This document shows, piece after piece, positions 29,417 to 39,522 of a stretch of DNA of 59,976 nt (within the stretch, counting starts at the first letter, position 1; every line of letters begins with the position of its first letter). Below the pieces are notes generated by a model that saw nothing but the letters and a program-made list of their open reading frames with translations, was not told the origin of the DNA and ran no database searches. Made by a program: the position numbers and the translations under genes. This DNA is from an uncultured Acidobacteriota bacterium (lineage in GTDB: Bacteria > Acidobacteriota > UBA890): positions 5,177 to 65,152 of the forward strand of contig CAYVUW010000004.1 in NCBI GenBank assembly GCA_964455175.1, read 5' to 3'.

Positions 29417-31009
29417 CTACCTTTCCGGAATATTGACGAGCGTGTAGTAAGCCTCGGTGTGTAGAAGATTGGCGCCTTCGACGTTACGTACGCCTGCGAG
29501 ATGTAATTCGTGCACATATCCAGCGCGAATTGGATCGATCGTTAGACGAACGCTCAGTCCGTCGTCGGCAACCGTGGCAGACGTGATGTTCACTTCTATC
29601 TTGTCGTCCTCGGGCCCGCCATATCTGCTGCTTAGCTCGTAGGTATAGCTCTCCATGCGGTACGACGCCGGATCCTCAGCGCTTTGTCGATCAACCGGCT
29701 CGGTGAAAGTAAGCTCGAAGCCGTTGGGTTTAGCGTGCATTTCGTGGACTTCAAACGGTGTTAAACCCTTCCATACCAGGCGCTGCAAGCCAAAAGCGTC
29801 AGGCCCGATGCTGCCCCATCCACGAGCCGACATGCCGATGAAAAGTGAGTCATCTGTACCAAATGCGAGCCGTAAGGCACCACTCTGCAGGCCCCGGCGG
29901 AAATTAAATACGGCGCCTTGCCAGTGATTGCCAACTTCCTCCAGAAACACTCGCATAATCATCGCGTGATGTTGGTCACCTACAAAAACCTGGCCGTGGA
30001 ACGGCCCGAACTGGCCGCCAGTCGTATCCCATTTGAAACCGCTTGGCGATTGCCCCATCTTGACGTACGGAAACCAAACTGACGGCATTTTGTAGCTCGG
30101 GATCTCCTCCTGCAGATCCTTCATCCAAGTGCCGTCTCGCGGCAAGCTATCGGGAATCGAATCAACAAGGGATCCGGGCAGATCGATCGACGGCATGCCG
30201 TGCGGGTGACCGTGGAAGTCACCAACCTCAATTTTTGATAGCTTTGAAGCGTTGTTCCATTCGCCCTGGTTATCGGTATAGAAGACGTCACCCCAGGGGC
30301 TGATCTCAACACCTGCAGGGGAGCGAAGCCCTGCCGCTACGTATTCTGTCGCCCCAGTGTTTGGCTCGATACGAGCCGCCCAGCCTCGCCAGTCCGCTGC
30401 CCCGTAAGGCTCTGCGTCGAAGGGAATGTTTAAGGTCACCCAGAGTTTGCCGTCGGGAGTTTGCCGTGGGCCAAAGGCATATTCGTGGTAGTTGCCGCTT
30501 AGCTCCCAATCGTCAGTGACCGTCTCAAAAACGTCGGCACGGTCATCGCCGTTCGTATCTCGCATGCGTGATAATTCGCCACGCTGAGCGAAATAGATCC
30601 AGCCATCGAGCTCCAGAAGGCCCAGTGGCTGAGCTAATCCAAACGCATAGCGTTTGAAAACAGGTCTGGGTGGGACGCTGTAGGCGTTCTCTACTATGAA
30701 GACTTCCCCTCGTCGAGTAGCTACCATCAAGCGGCCGTCTGAGAGCTGCAGGAGTCCACTGGCCTCCATAATCATGCCGTCCAGCAGGGGCATGGTAATC
30801 AGTTCGTAATAGCGGCTTTCTGCCTCGATCTGTGCTGGGAGCGACAGCACCATTTCTTCTAGAAACGCTCGTTCTTGCTCCTCCCTTTGATTGTCTTCGT
30901 CTCTGTCAAACTGGTCTGGAGGGTCCTGTGCGAATGCTGGGCCTGACAAAGTGATGGTTGCGAGCAATATGCCGAGTCGCAAACTGTTGCAGCTCAAAAA
31001 ATTCACCAT
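29417..31009 (-). CDS. Exported beta-propeller protein (soluble sugar dehydrogenase-like fold; often labelled large multifunctional secreted protein)
   Basis: Signal peptide. Motifs DTNGDDRAD, GNYHEYAFGP, GLRSPAG, YTDNQGEW, FHGQVFVGD and terminal AYYTLVNIP. Confidence 0.7.
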   Translation of the reverse strand: MVNFLSCNSLRLGILLATITLSGPAFAQDPPDQFDRDEDNQREEQERAFLEEMVLSLPAQIEAESRYYELITMPLLDGMIMEASGLLQLSDGRLMVATRRGEVFIVENAYSVPPRPVFKRYAFGLAQPLGLLELDGWIYFAQRGELSRMRDTNGDDRADVFETVTDDWELSGNYHEYAFGPRQTPDGKLWVTLNIPFDAEPYGAADWRGWAARIEPNTGATEYVAAGLRSPAGVEISPWGDVFYTDNQGEWNNASKLSKIEVGDFHGHPHGMPSIDLPGSLVDSIPDSLPRDGTWMKDLQEEIPSYKMPSVWFPYVKMGQSPSGFKWDTTGGQFGPFHGQVFVGDQHHAMIMRVFLEEVGNHWQGAVFNFRRGLQSGALRLAFGTDDSLFIGMSARGWGSIGPDAFGLQRLVWKGLTPFEVHEMHAKPNGFELTFTEPVDRQSAEDPASYRMESYTYELSSRYGGPEDDKIEVNITSATVADDGLSVRLTIDPIRAGYVHELHLAGVRNVEGANLLHTEAYYTLVNIPER

Positions 31010-33930
31010 GAGAGTTCCACGTCGATTGAAATGGTTTGGTTTGATGCGATGCCTACAGGCAGCAGGAGCTGCTGTACTCCCTGTGAAGTTCTAACGATTG
31101 GAGTCATTGGTGTACTTGAGCGCAAAGCGATGTCGAGATGGCCATCAATTGTCCACGAACCTTTGGTGTTTTCTATGATCTCGTCTCCCTCAGCGAGCAG
31201 TAGGTACAGGTCATCTGATACTTGCCCTGCTTCCAGTGAGAAGCGTCGTGTCAAACTGGCACCCCCCGGCCTGACGACGGGGATGGGCTGTTCCTCGATG
31301 ACAATGTCTTTCAGCTGGTACATGAAAATTGGACGGCGAGCATCATCTAGCCGGTAGCCCATGAAACGACCGCCGGTGTTGCGGTCAGTCATCGTAACGG
31401 GCGGCCACGGTTCGTCAATGTTGTCGAGAAATGCTAATGCTGGTCCCGGGGGCATGTTTGCTACTTCGTTGCCGTAAGGGTCAAGAAACCGACCAGCCCG
31501 GCCACTCCATGTCCCTTGTGCGTCGTAAAAACCACCACGCCACGCCTTGGCCAACCTCATAACGTTGGCATCGAAAGCGACGTGTACGGATTCGGGATAA
31601 CCAACAACAATGGCACGCGGACTAACGTCAGTCATGAATGTCCTGAAAATGATTGGTTCGTCTTTCGGGGTCAGAACCATCGAATCACCTACGTTCATTC
31701 CGTCCGGTACTGGCATCGACGAGCCGAGTGACAGGTAGCTATAGATGGCATTGATTTGCCCAGCCACCGTGCCATCAGCGATATCTGGGTGGATGACACT
31801 ACCCCCGGTCCAGAAAGATGGCATGCGTGTGTCCCGATTGATGGAATGCGGGTCACGGAGGAGCCGATTGATCCACCCGGCACGTAGCCTCCCGTAGAAT
31901 GTCGCCATATTGATCGTCGAGACACCCTGTGCAGCATTGACGCCCACGTCGTGGCATGTGATGCAGCGCATACCTTGATCCCCAATCAATGTTCGCCCAT
32001 CCTTGATTGCTTGCTCCGTAAATGGGGGTTCGTCTAAGTCACCCTTTGCGGCGTCCGTAGCCTCAAGTGTTGCAGCCAGTGTTTCAATCGGTTGGCCGCT
32101 AAAGCGCGGCATGCGAGTCTGCATGTAGTTGCGGCGCACATGCATTCGGTCCTCTGTCAAAACCGAATGCAGCGCTTCCGGCTTCAATTTGCCACCGACT
32201 CCTGTAAGGGTTGGAGGTATGCGTCCTTCGTCACCTAAGTCCAGACCGGGGACCATCGTAAAGTAGGGAATTCGTGCTGCGTTGGGACCGCCTGTCGCCC
32301 CACTCGTTTCTGTCCGTTGGTGACACGCATAACAGTCATAAGTTCCTAGAGCGTGAACGACGTTACTCGCTACATCCCTTGGCTGGGCCAGTTGATCAAG
32401 GTCTCTAGTCGCCTCGATAATGGCGTGACGTTGGGAGTCATCGAGGTTGTAGCGTGGTGCGCCGACTGCAGTGTGCCACTCGCTCGCAACCTCAAACTTG
32501 AGGGTTTCGAGTGAAGGCGCAGAATACAAGGCTGGGTTGGGCACTATCCCCTGAAGCTCATGACAGGAGGCACAGCCGACTTCAGTAAATAGCTGAGCCC
32601 CCTGTTCAGCAGCCGCTGGATCGACCTGAAATACTGTTGGCAAGGTTGGTGACAGTCGCACATCTTCCACGATGGCGACCCGGTCGATAGGTGTTGGTTC
32701 AGCGAACTTGCCGCCCTCTATTGTTGTCTCAATATACGGTTGTCCCGTGTCACCCCTGATGTAGTAGGTCACCTCGATGGCATGATCCCCAGCTTCAAGA
32801 TCGACCTCGACGGGTATCTCTCGGCCCGTGTCACGTTGCTTGGTGGCTACTGCTTCCCCGTCAATAAGAAGCTCGGAACCTGAGCGTCGATCTGAGGCGA
32901 GCACGAAGGTATAGGTTCCGGCCGTTTCAATGGGGATCAAGCCGCTGTAGCGGAACATATGATTACCCCGGCTGGTTCTGACCGGCAGATCGAGTGAGAG
33001 CACGTCAATTCGCCCTATGTTTTCCGCGACCAGTTCGTCAAAAATAGGTGGTGGCCGTGTGAAGAACCCATCTGCGTCTTCATCCTCCATTGGGTCAAGG
33101 AAGTACTCGAATTCGAATCCGCCGATTCTTTCTGCGGCGGCGGACTCTTGTTCGCGTAAAAGGTAAACAGCTATATCCGTGGCTTCTTCCTCGTTTAAGT
33201 ACAAGGACGGCATGCGGCCACCATGAAGAATTGTCTCGGGGTTGAGCAAGAATTGGGTTAGTGCAAAGACCGATGTTTTGGCGGCCAGGTCTGGCAACGG
33301 TACGAAAGGAGTTGTTGATTCGGTGTCGCTCTCTTCCGGTGCGTGACAGGCTACGCAACCAACTGAATGAAACAATTTACGGCCTTGTTCGACAGTTGCC
33401 CGGTAGAGAGATGGTTGGTATTCCGCGGACTCCAAGGTTCCGCTTTCACGGATGAGAAAGTGTGTAAGCTGTTCAACCGCACTCTCACGTTCCGCAGATG
33501 GCACGGCTTGAAATAGGTTCGGCATAGTGACGCCGGACTTCTGTGCTTGGGGGTCGGCAAGATAAGCGGCGAGCCAGCCGGGAGTTACACGCTGACCGAT
33601 TCCACTCAGATCCGGGGCGGTCTTTGTCGTGATTCTCTCGTTGATTTCAGCGTGCTCGTCGCTTGAAGCCACATGGCAGGAAAGACAGTTCAGCTCGCCG
33701 AGCAATACTTCGCCAAGCGCTGCGGCATCCGCAACATTAGCAACCCTCATGCTCTCGTACCCTGGGACGATCGGAGCCTTGTTGCCGGTGCGCGTGATGG
33801 GTACGGAAGTGTTGTCTGTCTCGGGCCCGATGCAACCAACCACCAAGGCGCTCAATAACAGCGCTATTGCTCCTCCGACCCTGGTGTGGGCCCAGGGCCT
33901 TACTGGCTTAGGATATGGCGGACCTTTCAC
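31003..33930 (-). CDS. Pentaheme c-type cytochrome lipoprotein with a PA14 domain
   Basis: Lipobox VVGC. Five CxxCH motifs: CLSCH, CVACH, CASCH, CYACH, CITCH. PA14-like segment (RYSGLIPIETAGTYTFVLASD..SELLIDG..LEAGDHAIEVTY). GTG start overlaps the upstream TGA. Confidence 0.88.
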   Translation of the reverse strand: MKGPPYPKPVRPWAHTRVGGAIALLLSALVVGCIGPETDNTSVPITRTGNKAPIVPGYESMRVANVADAAALGEVLLGELNCLSCHVASSDEHAEINERITTKTAPDLSGIGQRVTPGWLAAYLADPQAQKSGVTMPNLFQAVPSAERESAVEQLTHFLIRESGTLESAEYQPSLYRATVEQGRKLFHSVGCVACHAPEESDTESTTPFVPLPDLAAKTSVFALTQFLLNPETILHGGRMPSLYLNEEEATDIAVYLLREQESAAAERIGGFEFEYFLDPMEDEDADGFFTRPPPIFDELVAENIGRIDVLSLDLPVRTSRGNHMFRYSGLIPIETAGTYTFVLASDRRSGSELLIDGEAVATKQRDTGREIPVEVDLEAGDHAIEVTYYIRGDTGQPYIETTIEGGKFAEPTPIDRVAIVEDVRLSPTLPTVFQVDPAAAEQGAQLFTEVGCASCHELQGIVPNPALYSAPSLETLKFEVASEWHTAVGAPRYNLDDSQRHAIIEATRDLDQLAQPRDVASNVVHALGTYDCYACHQRTETSGATGGPNAARIPYFTMVPGLDLGDEGRIPPTLTGVGGKLKPEALHSVLTEDRMHVRRNYMQTRMPRFSGQPIETLAATLEATDAAKGDLDEPPFTEQAIKDGRTLIGDQGMRCITCHDVGVNAAQGVSTINMATFYGRLRAGWINRLLRDPHSINRDTRMPSFWTGGSVIHPDIADGTVAGQINAIYSYLSLGSSMPVPDGMNVGDSMVLTPKDEPIIFRTFMTDVSPRAIVVGYPESVHVAFDANVMRLAKAWRGGFYDAQGTWSGRAGRFLDPYGNEVANMPPGPALAFLDNIDEPWPPVTMTDRNTGGRFMGYRLDDARRPIFMYQLKDIVIEEQPIPVVRPGGASLTRRFSLEAGQVSDDLYLLLAEGDEIIENTKGSWTIDGHLDIALRSSTPMTPIVRTSQGVQQLLLPVGIASNQTISIDVELSW

Positions 33931-34949
33931 CAAACTACCTCGTCAGGGGCGATCACGACGGGCATGTCGGCTCCCGGGAACGACCTTGGAATCCCCAGGG
34001 TGACCGCACCAGTAGCGACATATTCAGTTCCTCGAGCGAGAACAGTTTGAAAACCGACGCAGTGTAACGATGCGCCGAATGGCTCGAATTCGTCGTTATA
34101 GTGGCCCATCGGCATGTGAAAAATTTTGCCTTCGCCGTAGGTAATGAGCATGAAAATCGGTTCATTTTCGTTGGTATATAGCGAGTACGAGTGTGCGAGA
34201 ACCTCGACGTTCTCCGCCGGGCCACGCAGAGAGGCATAGAGTTCATCTACGGCGTGCATCCATTCGGTTGGCAACCCGGAAAGGATCGGGTGGTCGGGCT
34301 GGTCATGAATCACCAGGAAGTCGCGCATTCGACCATGTTCCCCGCTGATACCCTCGTTCGGCGAAGTAGCTACCCACTCGCCATCGACCAGGCGGAGGAT
34401 CGAGCCGTGCACACCAGCTTCCCGGCCACCCCAACCACCGACACCGATCATCTTATTGTACTCAAGCCAGTTGGCGTCATGATTATCGGCGGCATGTACG
34501 GAGACAAAGCCGCCACCTCCTCGAACGAAAGTATCGAAGTCCGCCTTCGTGGTTTCTGACCAAAGGGACTCGCAGCCACCGTCTTGCTCGCAATCGTCAT
34601 TGAAGTTGCTGAGCACGACCTGGTAATCGGAGAATTTGGGGCGCCAAGCGTTCCATGCTTCGCGGGAAGCACGCTTGCGAGGGGAGGTGCTTACTTCGAC
34701 GGTAAAACGCCCTGTTTGTTCCAGGGTTGCCTTGGTGGCTTCTGTGGTGCGCTCCCAGTCGTGGTTATTGACGCCGTCAATGATTAGCACTTTGATCCGA
34801 TTCACATCAGCTGTCGCCGAAGATGTGACTTCCGAGGTCCCATCCGATCCTGGCATCAGGGCGTCGCCTGTTTGCCCGGTGCAGCCGCTGTTTAAGAACC
34901 CAAAGAACAAAATGAAGTACAGCAAGCCCCGACAATTCGACAGGCTCAT
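33927..34949 (-). CDS. ThuA-like (trehalose utilisation, class I glutamine amidotransferase-like fold) lipoprotein
   Basis: Lipobox NSGC. Motifs IKVLIIDGVNNHDW, GGGFVSVHAADN, DHPILSGLP, DELYASL and GKIFHMPMGH. Confidence 0.88.
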   Translation of the reverse strand: MSLSNCRGLLYFILFFGFLNSGCTGQTGDALMPGSDGTSEVTSSATADVNRIKVLIIDGVNNHDWERTTEATKATLEQTGRFTVEVSTSPRKRASREAWNAWRPKFSDYQVVLSNFNDDCEQDGGCESLWSETTKADFDTFVRGGGGFVSVHAADNHDANWLEYNKMIGVGGWGGREAGVHGSILRLVDGEWVATSPNEGISGEHGRMRDFLVIHDQPDHPILSGLPTEWMHAVDELYASLRGPAENVEVLAHSYSLYTNENEPIFMLITYGEGKIFHMPMGHYNDEFEPFGASLHCVGFQTVLARGTEYVATGAVTLGIPRSFPGADMPVVIAPDEVVW

Positions 34950-35026
34950 GAAGACATCCTTTTTCTAACTGAGTTTGTTTCGCACTTCACAAAGAATCCT
35001 ATACAGCATACGGCCACGACTAATAG

Positions 35027-37810
35027 CTAGTATCGCTTGTCGTACCAATGGTCCTGTAGTACGACCGTTGTGCCGGTGAGTTCGTGTCCATTCACCAGAA
35101 CCTTCACTATGTACTCGCCCGGTTGGGCCCGGATGTGCTTGTAGTCGCGTTCCCTCCACTCCGGCAGAGTGTGGATCCAGATCTCAAGAGATCGACCGAA
35201 GATGCTTACTTCTTCGTCAGGTTCACCGAAATGATCAGTGCCATCGTAGTAGTCGAAATATTCTTCCTCGGTCTGGGCTCGTTCGAACGAGCGATCCCAT
35301 TGCACCTTTTCTTCTTCGGTGAGAGGGATCCTCTCGGTTAAGTACCACTGCACACTGTTGAGCCCGCCATTCCCCGACCCACTGTACTCGTTGACCAACC
35401 ACGAACCTCGGTAGATCTGCACAGTGACTTCATCGACCGCCAGCTCGCTCAGGTAGTAGTTCACTATCACGCCATGAGGGGCATTCTCTCCATCATAGTT
35501 ATGGAAGGCTGCCGCAACCTGCGTTCCCCGAGATGAAATCCATAGGACTTGTGGTTCGATCTTAAAAAGATGTTCCTGTTTCGCAATAACATCAGGGGTT
35601 AGCTCCTGCAGCACCGAAATATCAGCGATCCAGAAGCTACGGCCGTAGGTGGCCACAACAAGATCGTTTTCACGTGGGTGGATGACCATGTCGTGAATTG
35701 GGACATTTGGCATGTTGTTACGCAGCGATGTCCAGCTCGCCCCGCCATCAAGTGAGACGTAAATTGCTTTGGCCGTGCCGATAAAAAGCAAGTTGGGGTT
35801 CGTATGATCCTCGCGGATCACGTTAACGGGTTCATCTTCGGGTAGTCCGTTGACGATTTTGGCCCATGTCGCACCGTAATCTGTTGTTTTGTAGACGTAA
35901 GGCTTGAGATCATGGCGGTCTCGGCGACCTCCACTGAAGCTGACGTAGGCGGTTGCCGGATCATGGTGAGATGCTTCAACCCGGCTAACCTTGGTCACAG
36001 GGCTATCTGGAAGGTTGTCGTTCAGCCGCGCCCAGTTTTCACCACCATTTTGGGTGAGTTGCACGTTACCGTTGTCGGTGCCGACCCAGATTAACCCAGC
36101 CACGAGCGGCGATTCGGCGATCGTCGTGATCGTCCCGTTGACCCTCCTACCTTCCGCGGCTTCTCCTCCAAGCGACAGGTCGGGGCTGATCTCCTGCCAG
36201 TCTTCACCTCGGAATTCAGAACGCAACAGCATGTTGGCACCGTGAAAAATAACGTTGCTATTGTGGGGCGAGATTAAGATGGGAGCAATGAAGTTGAAGC
36301 GCACGTCGGGATTGCCGCGATAGCGGATGTTCTTCCGTACGCCAGTCTTTTGATCGTTTCTTGATATCGAGCCGTTCTGTGACTCCACATACATCCATCG
36401 GTTGTCACTCGGGTCGACCTGCGCGTAGGAGCCGTCGGCACCGCGCACATGTTCCCAAGCCTCGAAGCGGATCGGAAAACGGCTGCGGCTAGTGCTCGGC
36501 CCACGCCACGTACCGAAGTCCTGCATCCCCCCGTAAACGTTGTAGGGATAGGCCATGTCGACACCAACTGCTTCGAGTTGTCCGAGCGGCAGGTTGTCTG
36601 GGTGGTACCAGGTGTGGCCCCCAGTGAACGAAATGGCGAGGCCATAGTCGTAGCCGAGCAGCATATGGTCGCTATTGTCCGGGTTTATCCACATCGCCTG
36701 GTTGTCGCCGCCGAAACGGATTGCTCTGCCCCAGGTCTGGCCGCCGTCGAAAGTCCCCTGCACACCCGTGTTAAGCACGTAAATTCGATGGTCATCATTA
36801 GGGTCGATACGGATCTGCCCGTAACGTGATGACCCTTTGAGACCCGCATCGGGCGGACTAATACGGTGCCATGTTCCGCCTGCGTCGTCAGTGCGCCAAA
36901 CTGCGTTGGAAAAGCGGTTGTAGCCTTCACCATCAGGGCTTGGGGTCAGGATCGAAGCGACGACTGTATCGGCATTACTCTGATAGATATCGAGTCCGAT
37001 GCGATCCATGCTTTCGGTGGGAAGGCCGCCTGTCAGCTTGGTCCATGTGTTACCTGCGTCAGTGGTTTTGTAGATACCGCTGCCTGCGCCACTATTTCGG
37101 TCCCAACTCGAGGCGTAAAGAACGTTGGGGTCACGCGGGTCTATGACGATGTCGGCGGCGCCGACGTGGTAGCCGTCGTGGGTAACGGCCAACGACTTGG
37201 TCCAGGTGGTGCCACCGTTGATGGTTTTGAATATGCCCTTCGAGGGGTCATCAGTTCCCCAGTCGCCGACCAGCGCAGCGTATACAACATCGGGGTTACC
37301 GGGGTGTACAAGTATCCGTGAGATGTAGAGAGAGTCTTCGAGTCCCATGTGCAACCAGGACTCGCCCCCGTCAGTTGATTTGTACATTCCTTCGCCCCAG
37401 TAGGAGGCGTTTCCCGTACCCACCCACAAAATGTTCGGGTCGGAATGTGCCACAGCGATGTCGCCAATCGAGTTGATGTTCTCGTGATCGAAGATTGGCT
37501 TCCAAGTGAGTCCGTTGTCGGCGGTTTTCCACAAGCCACCGGTTGAGGCAGCCGCGTAGAACGTGAATGGTTGCTTCGCGAGGTCTGGGACACCGAGGTC
37601 CATAATTCGGCCACCTTGCTTGGTCGGGCCGATGGATCGAAAGTGGATCTGGTCGAGAACGTTGGCTGGGATTCCTGAGGTTGAGACTCCCTGGGCAGGG
37701 GGGACAGAAGGTAGCGGGGCTTCCAGAGAACCCATTGCAGCAGAAGCCGCGGCAGACGAACTCAGCAGTGCAATGGCCATTAGACAGCGCAAAAGACTTG
37801 AGGTGTTCAT
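35027..37810 (-). CDS. Exported Vps10/sortilin-like BNR (Asp-box) repeat double propeller
   Basis: Signal peptide; FRSIGPTKQGGRI start. About 11 Asp-boxes (e.g. KSTDGGESW, KTTDAGNTW, KTTDYGATW, VSLDGGASW) and IHPRENDLVVATYGRS. Confidence 0.88.
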   Translation of the reverse strand: MNTSSLLRCLMAIALLSSSAAASAAMGSLEAPLPSVPPAQGVSTSGIPANVLDQIHFRSIGPTKQGGRIMDLGVPDLAKQPFTFYAAASTGGLWKTADNGLTWKPIFDHENINSIGDIAVAHSDPNILWVGTGNASYWGEGMYKSTDGGESWLHMGLEDSLYISRILVHPGNPDVVYAALVGDWGTDDPSKGIFKTINGGTTWTKSLAVTHDGYHVGAADIVIDPRDPNVLYASSWDRNSGAGSGIYKTTDAGNTWTKLTGGLPTESMDRIGLDIYQSNADTVVASILTPSPDGEGYNRFSNAVWRTDDAGGTWHRISPPDAGLKGSSRYGQIRIDPNDDHRIYVLNTGVQGTFDGGQTWGRAIRFGGDNQAMWINPDNSDHMLLGYDYGLAISFTGGHTWYHPDNLPLGQLEAVGVDMAYPYNVYGGMQDFGTWRGPSTSRSRFPIRFEAWEHVRGADGSYAQVDPSDNRWMYVESQNGSISRNDQKTGVRKNIRYRGNPDVRFNFIAPILISPHNSNVIFHGANMLLRSEFRGEDWQEISPDLSLGGEAAEGRRVNGTITTIAESPLVAGLIWVGTDNGNVQLTQNGGENWARLNDNLPDSPVTKVSRVEASHHDPATAYVSFSGGRRDRHDLKPYVYKTTDYGATWAKIVNGLPEDEPVNVIREDHTNPNLLFIGTAKAIYVSLDGGASWTSLRNNMPNVPIHDMVIHPRENDLVVATYGRSFWIADISVLQELTPDVIAKQEHLFKIEPQVLWISSRGTQVAAAFHNYDGENAPHGVIVNYYLSELAVDEVTVQIYRGSWLVNEYSGSGNGGLNSVQWYLTERIPLTEEEKVQWDRSFERAQTEEEYFDYYDGTDHFGEPDEEVSIFGRSLEIWIHTLPEWRERDYKHIRAQPGEYIVKVLVNGHELTGTTVVLQDHWYDKRY

Positions 37811-37991
37811 GTTGTTGGCTCCATGCTCAAAGGTAGATAGCAGGAATTTATTCTGCGTAAAGATTGATTGAACAAAGTTGCACGATGGTTAAGACATTTC
37901 TAGCTGCACCCAGCAGTTTTCTTCGAGGGAGGGTAATCGCTCCGAGCCTTTCGTTCATGAAACGTCGTAACAACGTGAACAGCCGTTCGGG

Positions 37992-39320
37992 TTAGCGTCC
38001 TCCATTACTCCATTTCTGCACGCTGGAAATATCGGGGACACCCCAATCAGAACCCTTCCAGCCCAGAAATCCATCCATGCGAAAAGCCCAAAAGCCCGTT
38101 GTCATATCGCTGATCACGATCAGACCGTCAGCGTTGCGGACGTCGATCCCAAATGCACCGTTATCCGTCGGGTATACATCGGTGTTCAGTGGGCCTACGT
38201 AGGTGTCGTAGTAAGCAACCGTTACCGGATTGTACGGATCCATCAAGCTGAAGACTTGGAGGCCGTCCATGTAGCCGGAGACGAAAACGTATGGCCAGCG
38301 GATCTCATGGTTGTGGACCAGATGGCGCCAATCGGCGGTCCACGCCGAGATCGGCACACGTATGTTTGACACTTCGCCGTCAAGTGCTGGTTGTAAGTCA
38401 AAAATTCGCAGCGGTGCATAGCGGTACTCAGTTTCAGCAACGACGTAGCGGCCGTCGGGTGTTGCGGCGAAGGTGTGCCCGTCTTTTACTCCCTCGATTT
38501 CAGTGAGTGAGACTAATAGCTCTGGATTAGTGATGTCGGTGAGGTTGTAGACGTAGTAGCCACCCGTCCCAGCTCCGTAGAATCTGTCCTGTTCGCTGTC
38601 GACGTGATAGGCAACGTACATATCGTGATAACTGGCCATCGGGTTTGCTCCCGGGCCGGCAGGCACGGTGGCGATCAACGCGTCGTTTGGCCGATCTTCA
38701 ACAACGTTACCGAGGTCGTATACGTTGACGGCCGATCCCTCAGTTGTAGCGAATAGCAATACTCGACCACTAGTGTGCGTGTAGATAAAAATGTTGTGGA
38801 AGCCGTTTGGCTGTCTGGGTGCTTGAATGCGTGCGACTTCTTTCACCGTGGTGGGGTCGGGAAGGCCCGTCACGTCGAAGACGACCGCTCCCATAGCGCT
38901 GTTCGGTCCACCCTGGTTGAACTGCACCGATTGAACGAGGTAATAGCTGTCATTCCATTTGAAATACTTGACGTCCATACCGCCGCCGCCTAGGTGAAGA
39001 TCCTGATTTTCGATCCGCCAGCGGTAAATTATCTTTGGGTTCGCGGGGTCTTCGATGTTGATGATGTCGGTGCCTTTTTCTCCTTCACTGCCATATACCA
39101 TGCGGGCGACGTAAACGAACGGGCGGTGTAGCTCCTGTTCAATCTCAATGTCAGCGACGCTCAGGCGTGGCCCGAGAGGAAGATGTGCGACGACCTCGAT
39201 GTTGTCACTACCCGGTTTGTCTGGTGTCCATTGTTGAGTGGTATGGGCACTGCCGGGTTGTGATGCCCCGACGATCAAAAGAATGGACAACGTACCGCAG
39301 GCGACGCGACCGTTTAGCAT
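37992..39320 (-). CDS. Exported LVIVD-repeat (choice-of-anchor B-like) beta-propeller protein
   Basis: Signal peptide. Repeated blades IINIEDPANP, VFDVTGLPDP, VYNLTDITNP and VFSLMDPYNPVTVAYYDT; GAFGIDV. Confidence 0.78.
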   Translation of the reverse strand: MLNGRVACGTLSILLIVGASQPGSAHTTQQWTPDKPGSDNIEVVAHLPLGPRLSVADIEIEQELHRPFVYVARMVYGSEGEKGTDIINIEDPANPKIIYRWRIENQDLHLGGGGMDVKYFKWNDSYYLVQSVQFNQGGPNSAMGAVVFDVTGLPDPTTVKEVARIQAPRQPNGFHNIFIYTHTSGRVLLFATTEGSAVNVYDLGNVVEDRPNDALIATVPAGPGANPMASYHDMYVAYHVDSEQDRFYGAGTGGYYVYNLTDITNPELLVSLTEIEGVKDGHTFAATPDGRYVVAETEYRYAPLRIFDLQPALDGEVSNIRVPISAWTADWRHLVHNHEIRWPYVFVSGYMDGLQVFSLMDPYNPVTVAYYDTYVGPLNTDVYPTDNGAFGIDVRNADGLIVISDMTTGFWAFRMDGFLGWKGSDWGVPDISSVQKWSNGGR

Positions 39321-39522
39321 GAATTACTTCTCCTGGTAATCAGCGGCATTGCAATCAGCTCCGTATACTGCTCGGAACGATTAATGGGTAAAAGAGACAA
39401 GAATTTCTTTTTAGCAATTCTTTACGCTTCTACGCTCCTTGTGAAGAGACAAGATTAGAGTAAAGAACTAAGGTTCTGTGCCATTTTTCAGATGCGCACA
39501 TCAACTTCGCGAAGGTTCTGCC

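Noticed and set aside
35027-37810. Calling the BNR proteins GH74 xyloglucanases or sialidases
   Set aside because: The first-blade catalytic Asp context of GH74 is absent (ASTGGLWK, AGPGGLWK) and no sialidase RIP motif was seen; Asp-boxes alone are not diagnostic.
37914-37937. TTCTTCGAGGGAGGGTAAT resembling the RBS region of the other Vps10 gene (about 47748-47764)
   Set aside because: It is on the opposite strand relative to its neighbouring Vps10 gene and no start codon or ORF follows; probably coincidental.
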